Both the position numbers and the translations under genes were made by a program. This document shows, piece after piece, positions 13,031 through 25,108 of a stretch of DNA of 64,000 bases; within the stretch, counting starts at the first letter, position 1, and each line of letters opens with the position of its first letter. The notes under the pieces were generated by a model that did not search any database, had not been told where the DNA came from, and saw only the letters and a program-made list of their open reading frames with translations. Source of the stretch: Mustelus asterias (Eukaryota); NCBI RefSeq assembly GCF_964213995.1, contig NC_135803.1:127658001-127722000 (forward strand), read 5' to 3'.

Positions 13031-14483
13031 AAAAATGGACTCCACAAGATCTACCATTTGCTGTGCCAAGATCAATGCTAGGTGGTCAATCCAGTTTCAT
13101 TACTTTTCGACTTCATGGTGGTTTTATACATCTGAGTGGCTTCCTAGGCCATTCAGAGGACATTTAAGGGTCAACACTTTTTGTTGCGAATCTGCAGTCA
13201 CATGTAGGCCAGACCTTAGTGAACCAGATGGGTTTTTAATGACAACAATGGTTTTATAGTCACCATTACTGAGACTACCATTAATTCCACATTTATTAAT
13301 TGAATTTGAATTCCACTAGCTACCATGAGGGGATTTGAAACTGCATTCCCAGAGTAATAGCCCAAGGCTCTGGATTACTACTCCAGTGACTTACCACTAC
13401 ACTATCCGCAAAGGCATTCTAAGGCCATTCACGAGTCTTTCTGCCTTGGGCTTAATTGGGTGGAAGCAGTAAGGTGATGGGTTCCTCACCCTACCACCCA
13501 AATAAATTCTTCCCCACCTAAAAAATGGTGCCAGAGGATGAGGTGGGGGGGCATTAAAGTCCAACTGTTACAGGCATTGAATTGGACTTAAGCAGTGGAC
13601 TGACTGATAGTGTTTTGGAACAAATATAACGATGCATTTCCATGGAATAGCCCAAGTTTGAACTTCTCTTTTATAGCCATATGCCCCACAGCTAAGGCCC
13701 TAATTCAGAGTATGATGGGAATAATGGTCAAAATGATATGCTCGCTTCAAGACATGCCTCACAGGAATATAGAAGTAAGCAGTTCTGACCACAGTTGTCA
13801 GCCGGAATTCTACCGCCCTGCCCGCCACGGAATCGGAACAGGCAAGGGGCAGACAATGGAAATATCTGTTGACCTTGGGCAGAGATTTCCGGTCTCGCTG
13901 AAGCGAGGCCATAAAATTCCACCGTGAAGTCAGGCCAATGATAGAATAAGCAACTAACAAAAGAGATCATCGCAAGATGAGGTCACGTTTTAACAAATGG
14001 CGGATAGTGATTGCCACATCTACGACCAACAGTCAGCAGCTTGCGGTGGACTCGAGCTATTTTTCAGGCCTAAGAAGTGTATAAAAGGACTGGTGCTTCA
14101 ATGGATCATCAGCAATAGTGGCAGATTAACCTTCGCAAAGACCACCCCCAAGCTACAAGCAAGAGGACAAGCCTTACATCAAAGTGGCCTTGCCAGCTAC
14201 CTCAGAAAGGGTAATACCCGTTTCTCTGGGGTGATTGAGTTATATATTAGCGTGAGCACATACAGAGTATGATTATATTAGTTGTCCATGTTTTTGAGAT
14301 TCTGTTTAAACTGTATCCACAAATCAAATAATAAAGTTGAAATTGGGACAGAATTTCACGTGTGTCTCTGGCTCTTTGTCCAGTTACCTTTACTGGCCAT
14401 GAAAAAGGGTTTCAATGGTCAACAGTTGGTGGAATGATCATCAATATTTCAAGCTAGTTTTGCTTAATTGACATGAACTATAC

Positions 14484-14727
14484 CTGAAACTCCACAAAGG
14501 TGATATGCCAGAATCTTGTAGTGTCCTCTTTGGATCTGGGCACCAGTAACGCTTCGTGTTTCTGCAGGCTGCTGATGTACTGACAGTGGTACGAATTTGT
14601 AACTGGAGCATAGATTTTGGATGCATTGAACGTGGCTTGTAAAGAATCGTTGTGGAAGACCTGCACAAAATCCAGGCTAAACCAGTTCTGAGTAGAGGTT
14701 CTGTGGTAATTATTTGACATTTCAAGC
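14484..14727 (-). CDS. ATP6AP1L: Ac45-like protein, exon 9
   Basis: ttgtag|G CTT GAA...TTTCAG|gtatag; LEMSNNYHRTSTQNWFSLDFVQV...QATFNASKIYAP..SYHCQYISSLQ...WHITFVEFQ. Confidence 0.9.
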
Positions 14728-15393
14728 CTACAATTAGGCAACAAAAGAATTAACATTTAAGGCAGGCCTGCAAAACATTTCAAATATTAAAATTTTTATA
14801 TACAATTCAAAATCATCATTAATAGCATTAAGTAGCCATAGTGGGACAAATAAGAGCTATGTTGATTTATACCAATGTTGCTTTGATGCAAGTTGTCAAT
14901 CATGATTAGATAATCAATACTTTGGAATAATAAAAAAGAACACCTATATAAGGCAGTAAACTGATCAAGGAATTCAGTTGAGGTCAAAAATGATACAAAC
15001 CCTAATAACAACTGAAGGGTAAGTGCTGTTAACTTAATTAGGTGTTTTATTTAGTGTTTCTTTTTGACAGTGTACATTGTGCTGATGCATGATATGAATG
15101 GATATCTATATGGCAATATTAAAATTATACTGTGGTTCTGAGGGCTCAGAAGCCAGGCTCACTGGCGTGTTTAGACACATAAATGCACCACTGAAATATG
15201 GGAGGTGCTCTCTCACTTGCATTCTGACAAAAATGCACATAGATCCAAGATTCAAATGCATCCCCACCTCACATTCAAGCTAAAAGGCTGACTAGCATTA
15301 TTAGTAAACATAGATATAGATCATGAAATGTCCAGGATGATGTATTGCATTGAAACACTAAGAGTTACCTTCCCAAAAATTAATAATCTGAAG

Positions 15394-15680
15394 TGGCACA
15401 TTGGTTAGCACTGCTACCTCACAGCGCCAGGGACTCGGGTTCGATTCCCGGCTTGGGTCACTGTCTGTGTGGAGTCTGCACGTTCTCCCAGTGTCTGCGT
15501 GGGCTTCCTTCGGGTGCTCCGGTTTCCTCCCACAGTCCAAAAAATGTGCTAGTCAGGTGAATTGCTAAATTCTCCCTCAGTGTACCCAAACAGACGGCGG
15601 AGTGTGACGATGAGGGGATTTTCACAGTAACTTCATTGCAGTGTTAATGTAAGCCTACTAGTGACTAACAAATAAACTTT
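15394..15680 (+). mobile_element. HE1-like SINE (alternative tail)
   Basis: tRNA-like head and tail GTGTTAATGTAAGCCTACTAGTGAC...AATAAAC. Confidence 0.85.
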
Positions 15681-16089
15681 ACTTAAAGTTTAAAATTAAA
15701 AACATTTCTTCCATCTCACTTAGCATATTCTAACCAGTTAATCAGCCTGTCATCCTAGTCTCTTTGCTTTAATTAAGACATTGTTGAGATGTAATCTGGA
15801 TTAAAGGTTGTTCAAGAGCATGATTAGATGTTCTTCGAAACTGATTGTTTATACCTTTGATCTCACACAAATGCATCTTTCCTTTATTCCCTCTAAATTT
15901 GTGTGTGTCTGCAATGGATCTTTACGATATATGTCAAAAAAATCTATCGTTTAATATGTTATTTGAAACAGATGGAATGCAAGAGAAGAGCAATATACTA
16001 GATTATGGAACAGATTGCAAATCAGCAGAAGCTTGTTTGGACTCAGGAGGAATGTTAAGAATACTAAGCTCCTAAGTAATAATCCTTAC

Positions 16090-16140
16090 CTAATGACAAG
16101 TTGCTTTAGATTTCCAACATCACCATAGTTCAAGGAAAGC
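16090..16140 (-). CDS. ATP6AP1L: Ac45-like protein, exon 8
   Basis: attcag|G CTT TCC...ATT AG|gtaagg; 51 nt, LSLNYGDVGNLKQLVI(R), phase 2/2. Confidence 0.87.
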
Positions 16141-17564
16141 CTGAATGTGATAAAATAGAAGTATAATTTTAAAAAGTCCTGTATTCCATATTGTATGGAT
16201 GGAAACAAGGCTTACATTTTAAAAGGGCAAATTCAGACAATATTCATTACTGTACAGTTTGTATATTCTTAAAATGCATTTAAATGCATATCAGAGTAGG
16301 GAATGATACTGGTAGACAAAGCAACATTTTCCATGATTTGTATTTGTTATCAAGATCAATCAATCTTCAGGTAAAGGCAAATTACTGTGGATGCTGGAAT
16401 CTGAAACAAAACAGAAAATGCTGGAAAATCTCAGCGGGTCTGACAGCATCTGTAGAGAGAGAATAGAGCCAACTTCAGGTATGCCTTTTGTTTTCTGTCT
16501 CCCCACTCTCGGCCCTTTTCCACATCCCATGTATTCCATACATTCCAATCTCTACAGGTGTGCAATGGATCAGTTCCTGATGTTGCATCTTCCTATACCA
16601 TCACATCATCTTGTCTGACTGCCTCAAACTGTTCATCAACCTTTCAAGACAACGGCTTTCTAATTTTGTTCAATCTCCCACATAAAGCACTCAAAATACA
16701 CCCTCATCAGCTTCATCATATTTCTGTGTTCAAAGAACTTGCCCTTTTTGTAACTTTTTCCGCAATCACTAGCTTTTGTAGCAAAAGTTATTTGCTGCTC
16801 CAAAGCTACAGCACCAAGTATCAAAGCCAACATTTAGCTCGCATTCATTAGTTATTTTCCCATTTCAAAATCAAATGTCTTGCTGAACTTTATTTTTGAT
16901 TTGCTGTTGTGATATCTTGCATTATTCTGTGATAAATACAATCAGATATATACAAATGTTATGATATTAAAAAACAGAATTCCATCTGCTAAAATGTAAA
17001 AAGACTATTTGCACAGGAATCAATCTTTTACTGCAGAACATAGATGCCATTGGAAACCCAGGCTTCTTAAATGTGAGGCCACCTCAAATTTAAATACAAA
17101 TACCAATCTATGATCAAATGACACTGTTTGAACCTTAAAGTCAAAGAAACAAATAATACAGACTTGTTTAAAATTACTTTTCCATTCTCCCCATTCACAT
17201 TCTCCAAATCACATCTTAGTGGTCTCACTGACTAATTAAAATTTAACGCTGAACTATAACCCATTTTGTGCTGTGGATTTGTAACCCACTGAGAACAGAA
17301 TTAAAACTAGCAAAACTAATTTCAAAGTCAATGAAAAGGAAATCATTTTATTTCCTTTGCCTTATTATCACTTGTATGATTCTCAGATATCATAGGTAGA
17401 TAGTGTTCATCACACTACTTACTCCCTTCATAAAAATGAACTAATCAAATGTCTTTACGGCCAATTATTCCTAATCTATTTCCAACAAATTTCATTTTTA
17501 AAAACATTCTAATGATGATGTAAAGTGTCCAAAGGTAAAGGGTCGTGAGTTTATTATGACTTAC

Positions 17565-17806
17565 GTTGCTTTATCCGCTGTACATGTTGAATCCCTGGTA
17601 TTAACTTTGGCAGTGCTCCCAAAAGTTCTGTTTGTCAAATCTATCTCAAACTGGTCTCCAAATCGGAGTGTCACCCTCTTGGCAATGAAGAGAATGCAGG
17701 GTACTTCACCATCTGTAACATTTATGGGAGGATACTGGTTCCAGCTTGGTACTTGCAGAAGCTGTCTACCTGTATTCATGACTTCATGGATAGTATGTCT
17801 AACCAC
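17565..17806 (-). CDS. ATP6AP1L: Ac45-like protein, exon 7
   Basis: ttacag|GTG GTT...GCA AC|gtaagt; VVRHTIHEVMNTGRQLLQ...YPPINVTDGEVPCILFIAKR...DLTNRTFG...DSTC. Confidence 0.9.
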
Positions 17807-18636
17807 CTGTAAAATCAAAGGTATCAGAATTGAATTGCTAGTAATAAATGTTAAGACAATTATTCAGTGAACCTTATTCATTGTTTCAACAGAAGAACTC
17901 AGACTAAAGGGTCTGCTGATATTGCAGTGAAAACAGAATACTGATACAAATATATGTACTACATTGAAAGATGAAAAATTGCTTGAATTATATTATTTTA
18001 GCTTTACTTTGGTCTCTCACTCTAGCAAAGCAAATGCTATTCAAGATCTGACAATACGGATATTAAATTCTTCATGTTTTTCAAGAGGTAATTGGTCCAT
18101 CAGTAACATGACAGACATTGCTTGTTGCATAAAATTACAAAACAGACACCAATTGTTCAGCTGATAGACTATCCTCCACTTGAGCATGTACCACCCCTAC
18201 CCCTTCCCAGATCTTTTTACTCCCTTTCTTTGAACCACTTATCTCACCTGATCATAAACGTTGATGTGGTTCTTGATCAAATCACGAACTCTGCTTATGA
18301 AATGCACTGCCTCACAAAACGTGCCGCGTTAAGACATCTGCCCTGCTGTCTGTCACATTTAATCTTGTGGTTATGTCCCTGCATTCTAGATGCCCTCAAC
18401 CATTGGAGACTGTCTAGGGTGGCACTGGACTTCAGGAATTCCCATGGGTTCCCATGCTCTCATCTTAGTACTTTCCCAAAACTGTATGGCTAAATTAGTA
18501 AGTTTAGTACCTGGAGCATAATGGGCATGAACAAACACTATAACTATCCATGGCACAGCACAATGTTTAACACCACACGATTCTAAATAACTAGGATAAT
18601 GCAAAAAAATGTTGCAGTGGCTTTAATATCTAGTAC

Positions 18637-18719
18637 CTGTGAACTCCCGCTGGCTGTGTAAATAGCTGTGTAAGGAATGTTGTTTGCTTTTAAGGCATTG
18701 ACAACCAGCTTAATGACAT
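18637..18719 (-). CDS. ATP6AP1L: Ac45-like protein, exon 6
   Basis: caacag|AT GTC...TCA CAG|gtacta; (D)VIKLVVNALKANNIPYTAIYTASGSSQ, homologous to ATP6AP1 [24 protein letters not shown]. Confidence 0.88.
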
Positions 18720-19734
18720 CTGTTGAAAAATAAAGTACTCTTTAGTAAATTCCAAATTCTGTGGCTCAACAGCAAGATACACGTGCTCTTTTTAATACAA
18801 CATTTCATTCATAATTAGGTAAGCAAATGCTCTTACAATATACACCTCTCTCTACTTTAACGGAGCAACTTGTGATACAAAATGTACGAAAAAGATAAGC
18901 TGGTCTCCATCGCACCTGTCCTATACAGCCACAGTATAATTTCTGCATCAACACCTCCCTCGCTGCAGAGAGATCCAAATATCTATTTGCATTATTGTTT
19001 AGTTAGCTCAACTAACATTGACTGCAATAGAAACTGGTATTAGGAATCAAATGATTATCATTTTTGTTTGGACAATGATATAATTCCAGATATCATCTAA
19101 GGTTATTTATGAAGTTTGTTGCTGCACTTGGACATGTAAATGGGATCTCTTCCCCGATTAATCAACAACTTTATCCAACGAGGAACTCAGTTTTACAAAC
19201 TGGGAAGGTCAATACTGATGCTCATTTAGGTACCGGTGCCTCAGCCTGTACCTCAGGCACAGTCGGGCGCTACTATTGGACTCTGCTCTTTGGCACAAAA
19301 AAAGAGAGGAAAATCAGCATCCTCACCACACCTTAGCTGAAAGTGGGGATGCTGAATAAGGTCAGGTTGAATTCCTCCCATGCCCTGCCACCTCAGTGGA
19401 ATAGTCCAGCCACACTTACTTCCATGCCACCAAAGCAAACCCATCAATAATGAAACTGAACCCATTAAGGAGTTAATTGGGCCTGAACTTCCTCGGAGTG
19501 ACAATCAGTGTTAGATTGCTACTCAGTGTCCAATTTCTTACCTGAATTCTCTTGCCTGACGTTTCAATTCAGGCCTGGCGAAATCCAAGCTGGGGCCTAG
19601 TGTCAAAGTGCAGATGAGTCGAAGGGAAGGAGGCTGTGCCTTTTTTTTAAAAAAACAGCACTAGCTGCCGTAAACCAAGTAAGTTTAAAGGTCCATTGGG
19701 AATTTCTGAATAGGATCCCCAGCTCATGGAATTA

Positions 19735-20058
19735 TACAATCCCTACAATGCAGAAGAGGCCATTCAGCGCATCAGGTCTGCACCATCTCTCTGACAGAAT
19801 ATCTTATTCAGGCCCTATCCCTGTAACTCCACACATTTACCCTGCTAATTCATCTAATGCGAAACTAAGGGGCAATTTAACGTGGCCAATCCACCTAACC
19901 TGCACATTTTTTGGACTGTGGGAGAAAACCGGAGCACCCGGAGGAAACCCACGCAGACATGGGGAGAACGTGCAAACTCCACACAGACAGTCACCCAAGG
20001 CTGGAATTGAACCCGGGTCCGTGGTGCTGTGAGGCAGCAGCGCTAACCACTGTGCCAC
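19735..20058 (-). mobile_element. HE1-like SINE
   Basis: Full head, body and CR1-type tail on the minus strand. Confidence 0.85.
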
Positions 20059-20504
20059 CTTTGGGGTATCGCCCCAATATGACACTGGGGAGTTCAGAAG
20101 TTACGGCCCAAATACGTTTGGAAAGAAGTGGGGACTAGATTATCGGTGGAAAAACTTAAGCAAAGAAATTAAACCAAGGCTTTTTGAGTAAGCTGTCTAT
20201 TATTCGATGGTTTAAATATTTTTGAAATATCAGTTCTAAACTTTGGTTTTTGATGTTTGCTGTTGCCTAGGAACACATTGTAGTGTTCACTGTTTCCCCC
20301 CCCACAGAATTAAACTGATTCTATTTAAAATAGAAGCATATACTGCCAGTGTAGCAATAATTATATCTTAGTTTTAAACACTTTTTAGATCACTTCAAAC
20401 CAAGACAGAATTCTGCAATTAGGCTACCTAGGTGCAGTATTCCTCATTAATATAGATACATTTCATTTAAACTTTTGAAAGTCTACAATTGTAATAGCAT
20501 TAAC

Positions 20505-21005
20505 ATAGAGTCATAGAGGTTTACAGCATGGAAACAGGCCCTTCGGCCCAATTTGTCTATGCTGCCCTTTTTTTTAAACCATTAAGCTAGTTCCAATTGC
20601 CCGCGTTTGGCCCATATCCCTCTATATCTATCTTACCCATGTAACTGTCTACGCTTTTTAAAGACAAAATTGTACCTGCCACTACTACCACCTCTGGCAG
20701 CTTGTTCCAGACACTCATCACCCTCTGTGAAAAAATTGCCCCTCTGGACCCTTTTAGGGGGTATCTCTCCCCTCAAACCTATGCCCTATAGTTTTAGACT
20801 CCCTTATCTTTGGGAAAAGATGTTGACTATCTAGCTGATCTTTGCCCCTCATTATTTTATAGACCTCTATAAGGTCACCCCTAAGTCTCCTACGCTCCAG
20901 GGAAAAGTCCCAGTCCATCCAGCCTCTCCTTATAACTCAAACCATCAAGTCCCGGTAGCAGCCTAGTAAATATTTTCTTCACTCTTTCTAGTTTAATAAT
21001 ATCCT
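20505..21005 (-). mobile_element. CR1 LINE 3' end
   Basis: Begins CATAGAGTCATAGAGGTTTACAGCATGGAAACAGGCCCTTCGGCCC; near-identical 3' ends at 8740-9050 and 37575-38935. Confidence 0.8.
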
Positions 21006-21029
21006 GTGTAAAACATCCTGAAAGCTTAC

Positions 21030-21070
21030 CATCATCAGCGAGGACTTTGGTATCTAGGGTCACTGCAGGT
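21030..21070 (-). CDS. ATP6AP1L: Ac45-like protein, exon 5
   Basis: tcacag|A CCT GCA...GAT G|gtaagc; 41 nt, PAVTLDTKVLADD; the only open frame fits the flanking phases (2/1). Confidence 0.85.
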
Positions 21071-21525
21071 CTGTGAAAGGAAAATATAGATCTCAGTTGA
21101 GTATAAACCAGCTATGCCCCCTTAACCCTTACACTCTTGAATTTGTGTTCTGATTAAATACAGGCAGTCCTTGAGTTACGACGAACAGCAGTGACAACAT
21201 TTAAAAATGGACAGCCTGTTTCAAATTTACAACATTGGTTTTAATTTTACAATGCCATGCCAGCTAATTCATGTTTTTATAAATATGATTTAGAAATCTG
21301 ATGTGTTTTGAATGAGCCCGGGGAAGTTGTGAATCCTGCCTAAACATCAGACCCCTGCACCCTTAACTTGCTACAGAGGTCATTACAGAACACAGTCGCT
21401 ACGGTTTGCTGGCAGTGCATTGCCTGGCTGAGCTAGAACCAGAAACCGGAAAATTGTTTTTGTAAATGGGAAAATGAGGCCACAATTTGCCAATAAAACT
21501 CTTGCTGACTGATCTCCCATTGATT

Positions 21526-21885
21526 AAAGCAAAATACTACGGATGCTGGAGTCTGAAACAAAAACAGAAAATGCTGGAAAATCTCAGCAGGTCTGACAGC
21601 ATCTGTGGAGAGAGAATAGAGCCCACGTTTCAAGTCTGGATGACTCTTCGTCAGACCCTTTTTTTGGCATCATCAGAACAGATGTGGCGGAGGTGAAGAA
21701 AGTGAGAGAATGGGATGGAGTCCTTACAGGATGTGGGGTGTGAAGAGCTGTAGTCAAGGTAGTTGTGGGAGTTGGTGGGCTTGTAATGGATACTGGTGGA
21801 CAGTTATCACCAAAAATGGAGACCGAGGTCAAGGAAGGGAAGAGAAGTGTCAGAGATAGACCATGTGAAGGTGATAGAGGGGTGG
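21526..21885 (-). mobile_element. Penelope-like fragment: pseudo-LTR with hammerhead motif plus short internal piece
   Basis: Minus strand CTGACGA-AGAGTC-ATCCA-GACTT-GAAACG at about 21625-21654; the same pLTR also occurs at 16372-16475, 26934-27060 and 31190-31375. Confidence 0.7.
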
Positions 21886-22560
21886 ATCTTTACAATGGGA
21901 ACTTTTGTGCCTGCGGTCGGAAGCCTTTTGCTCAACTAGCTGTAAGGAACGGTCACTGCGGCCTGCTGGCAGAGGCCTCACTGCTGAGTTTGGCTGCTCC
22001 AATAATTTCCTCATGGGGGCGAGAACTTGGTTGAATTTAGATCATTACTGAGATTGTGAAGTTCTCACATTTTATTTTTCGATCTGTGTAAAATCAACCT
22101 ATCTGTACTGGGGTGGTTGAAAGTGTAGACAATTTTCTCTTCATAACCTAGGAATGTGGAGGTCAAATCGGCTTGATCTTGCAACCGCTGCAAAAAAAAT
22201 ACATATATATAAAAACATCAGTATGACCTGTGGCAAGCTTGACTGTGGTTCTCTTGTGGTCAAAGATCTTGTTAAGTCTATATTTATTGTCTCGATTAAT
22301 CCCTTGATCAAGGTATAAGAGGGCTTCACTCTCCTGCAACTACGCCCCAGCTTTAGTCCTTCATCTTCAAGAACAATGAGAAGAAAACTGCTGGTCGACA
22401 AGAATTCAGATTTACTTGGAAACTATACACTCATTATAATTCCACAACATGCTCATGTGACTTCAGTGAAAAGAAATTTGGGCACTAGTTTCCTTTTAGT
22501 CCAACTGAAGATGGGCAGTATGTTAACAACTGTTATAGTACATGTGCAAGTTAATTTTAC

Positions 22561-22754
22561 CTTTGTGTTGATGGTAATTTCACTATTAGTAGAGATGATT
22601 TTGTACTACTCAGTTCTGAATTCCAAAAAGATAAGTAATCCACATGTTTTGGGTTTTCCCCAAGCTTCTCTTGCAGATATCTAGGCAGCTGATTTGTCCA
22701 ACGCTGGTTTACAGCCGGTAAGACAATAGAAGATGGGGAAGAATCCAGAGCACT
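22561..22754 (-). CDS. ATP6AP1L: Ac45-like protein, exon 4
   Basis: ctgtag|AGT GCT...CAA AG|gtaaaa; 194 nt; SALDSSPSSIVLPAVNQRWTNQLPRYLQEKLGENPKHVD...SLLIVKLP, matching ATP6AP1 NALDLAPSSLVLPAVDW..YLQEKLGASPLHVD. Confidence 0.9.
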
Positions 22755-23690
22755 CTACAGGCAAAGAAAGGATAAAAATTGTTTACAAAATAATATCTCC
22801 TTTTCATTTACAATCTTTCTTAAAACACTGAGGAAGCAAGGAATTCATAGGGCTATTTTACTCTACTACTAATAATGATTCTGTCATTGTCATTGTCACA
22901 GGGTAAAACTGACAGCAACTTATACCACCTGGAAAAGTGCAGTTACAGGCAGAAATCAGTGATCCATCCTGGTACCTTGCCAGTTGTATGGCTTAGCTAT
23001 TCCAGCAATCGGAGAAGTTACTTCTTACACCCTGCTCCTCCAAAGATTACGCTGTTGCAATCTGCCGCTGGAATTTGGACAAAGATGCAATGGTCTGAAC
23101 TTAGGGTAATTATCCACTATTATTCCACTAAAGGCAGATGAAAACAAGGTCTTTTGACAAAGCAGGAAGAGTCTTTGGAAACCTATGCAAGCCATTCTTT
23201 CACTTTTCACAGCAAAATTATGCCTGTTATGTTTTTGTTTAAATTTCAATCTAACAAAAATATTATAAACGTTACAAAGAAGCCTATAGAAATCATAATC
23301 TTTGGAACTTAAACAGTATTTGACTGTGCAACAGTGTAGGTGAGGTAAGGAGGAGAAAACAAACAACTTAAAATACAGGCCTCCTCATCTATGGTGGAAC
23401 AGTATTCAGTATTGTGAATGCAAAGCCTGAATATAAAAATATGTACTTTCCTGTCTATTATTTTATCATTACTATGAATGAACTCATCATTTTTCTTGAT
23501 TTGTTTCTTTCTTTGAAGACCACTAATATTTTTATTAATTTTACAAGCTACCAGTTAAGTTCTGAATATTGTTCATAACCCAAACTATTGAAATTCAATT
23601 ATTAAGTTTTTGTATAAGATTTAATTTGCTTATAATAATTAAAATATATAATTTTGAAATGCACAGTCATGAAGTAAACTTTCATCATAC

Positions 23691-23753
23691 CTGAATATTT
23701 GAAAATGTGTGGACCAGCCTGCCATCGAGAGTGACAATATCATGGATGTTCAG
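23691..23753 (-). CDS. ATP6AP1L: Ac45-like protein, exon 3
   Basis: tttcag|CTG AAC...ATT CAG|gtatga; 63 nt, LNIHDIVTLDGRLVHTFSNIQ (cf. ATP6AP1 LSIEDF...FSNLE). Confidence 0.85.
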
Positions 23754-24599
23754 CTGAAAGTACAATCAAAACGTTCATCAGTATTAATTTAACTCAATAT
23801 AGTTTTCCCTAAAATACAATGTGATTAAATCAGTGCTCACAACTGTTTGGTGCAGTACACACGTAAGGGTAAATTAGCTTCAAGTATGGCTAATAAGACT
23901 AACAAGAGGTGGGTCTCGTGGACAAGTTGAGCTCACAGAGGCAGGCTGAGAGAAAATAGAGAAAGATGTGAGCTCAGAGCTAGGGCAAGGAGGAACACAA
24001 AGTTTGACCAGGTTGGCTACTGGAAGGGAAGGATACAGATCAGATTGTGTCAATCTTAGTGACAAAGAACTCCATGGAGCTTCTCACACTTGATGGAGGT
24101 GTAGGTGGAGGGGATTAAGAAGAGGATTTTCAATAGAGAAAGTAAGCCAGGGATTGAATTGAGTTGGATGATCAGCCATGATCATAATGACTGGCAGAGC
24201 ATGCTTGAAGGGCCGAGTAGCCCACTCCTGCTCCTACTTTTCAATGTCTAGCTTTTGCATTCCAGGATGATCCTGGAACAGGGAGGAGATTTTAGCAGAA
24301 TCTGTTAGTGAATTTTCTCATTTCAGGTTTGTACTCTTGATAGCTGTTTTAAACCATTTACATTTTAGTAAATGTTGCAGCAATTTTGTAGGAAAATTAT
24401 GTCAGTATTACCTACAGAAAACATATATAAAGGATTATTGTGGGATACAGTCTTTCCCAGATTCTGGACTGGCCAGATAAATCACAAACTTTACCCATCT
24501 TACATATTCCAAGTGTAGCAATGTTGCCTGCCAGCTTTTTAGAAACAGATTTTAAAACCTTTAACTATAGGTTCACTGAAATAATTTTGCCTCAATTAC

Positions 24600-24735
24600 C
24601 TTGTCTTGCCAGAAAAGTACTACTTTCTTCGGACCCCTGGTGAGTACAGGACTGAGATACCTGGACAGCTCCAGCATTTCTTTGTGTGATCCAATGTGCT
24701 CTTGATGTGGAACATACACCGTCTTCCACAGTGCC
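24600..24735 (-). CDS. ATP6AP1L: Ac45-like protein, exon 2
   Basis: aaacag|G GCA CTG TGG...GAC AAG|gtaatt; ALWKTVYVPHQEHIG...LSRYLSPVLTRGPKKVVLFWQDK (cf. ATP6AP1 [23 protein letters not shown]). Confidence 0.88.
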
Positions 24736-24846
24736 CTGTTTTAAATTGATTGAAGTCATATTTGTATTAAAAATTTTAATGAAAAAATTTGAATGGGATG
24801 ACTATTCAAAATTGTGTTCAATTTAGAAACTTAGCTGTTTGTTTCA

Positions 24847-25108
24847 GGATGGCACAGTGGTTAGCATTGCTGCCTTACAGTGCTAGGGACTTGGGTTCAA
24901 TCCCTGGCCTGGGTCACTGTGTGTGGAGTTTGCACCTTCTCCCCGTATCTGCATGGGTTTCCTCCAGTTTCCTCCCACCGTCCGAAAGACGTGCTGGTTA
25001 GGTGCATCGGCTATGCTAAATTCTCCCTGGACAGGCGCTGGGGTGTGGCGACTGGGGGATTTTCACAGTGACTTCATTGCAGTGTTAATGTAAGCCTACT
25101 TGTGACGC
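24847..25108 (+). mobile_element. HE1-like SINE (alternative tail)
   Basis: tRNA-like head GGATGGCACAGTGGTTAGCATTGCTGCC...GGTTCAATCCC. Confidence 0.85.

Noticed and set aside
18836-18963. Possible alternative exon or first exon (MQKLYCGC...) in phase with Ac45-like exon 6
   Set aside because: No signal-peptide character, no family similarity and only a modest donor; compatible phase is expected by chance one time in three.
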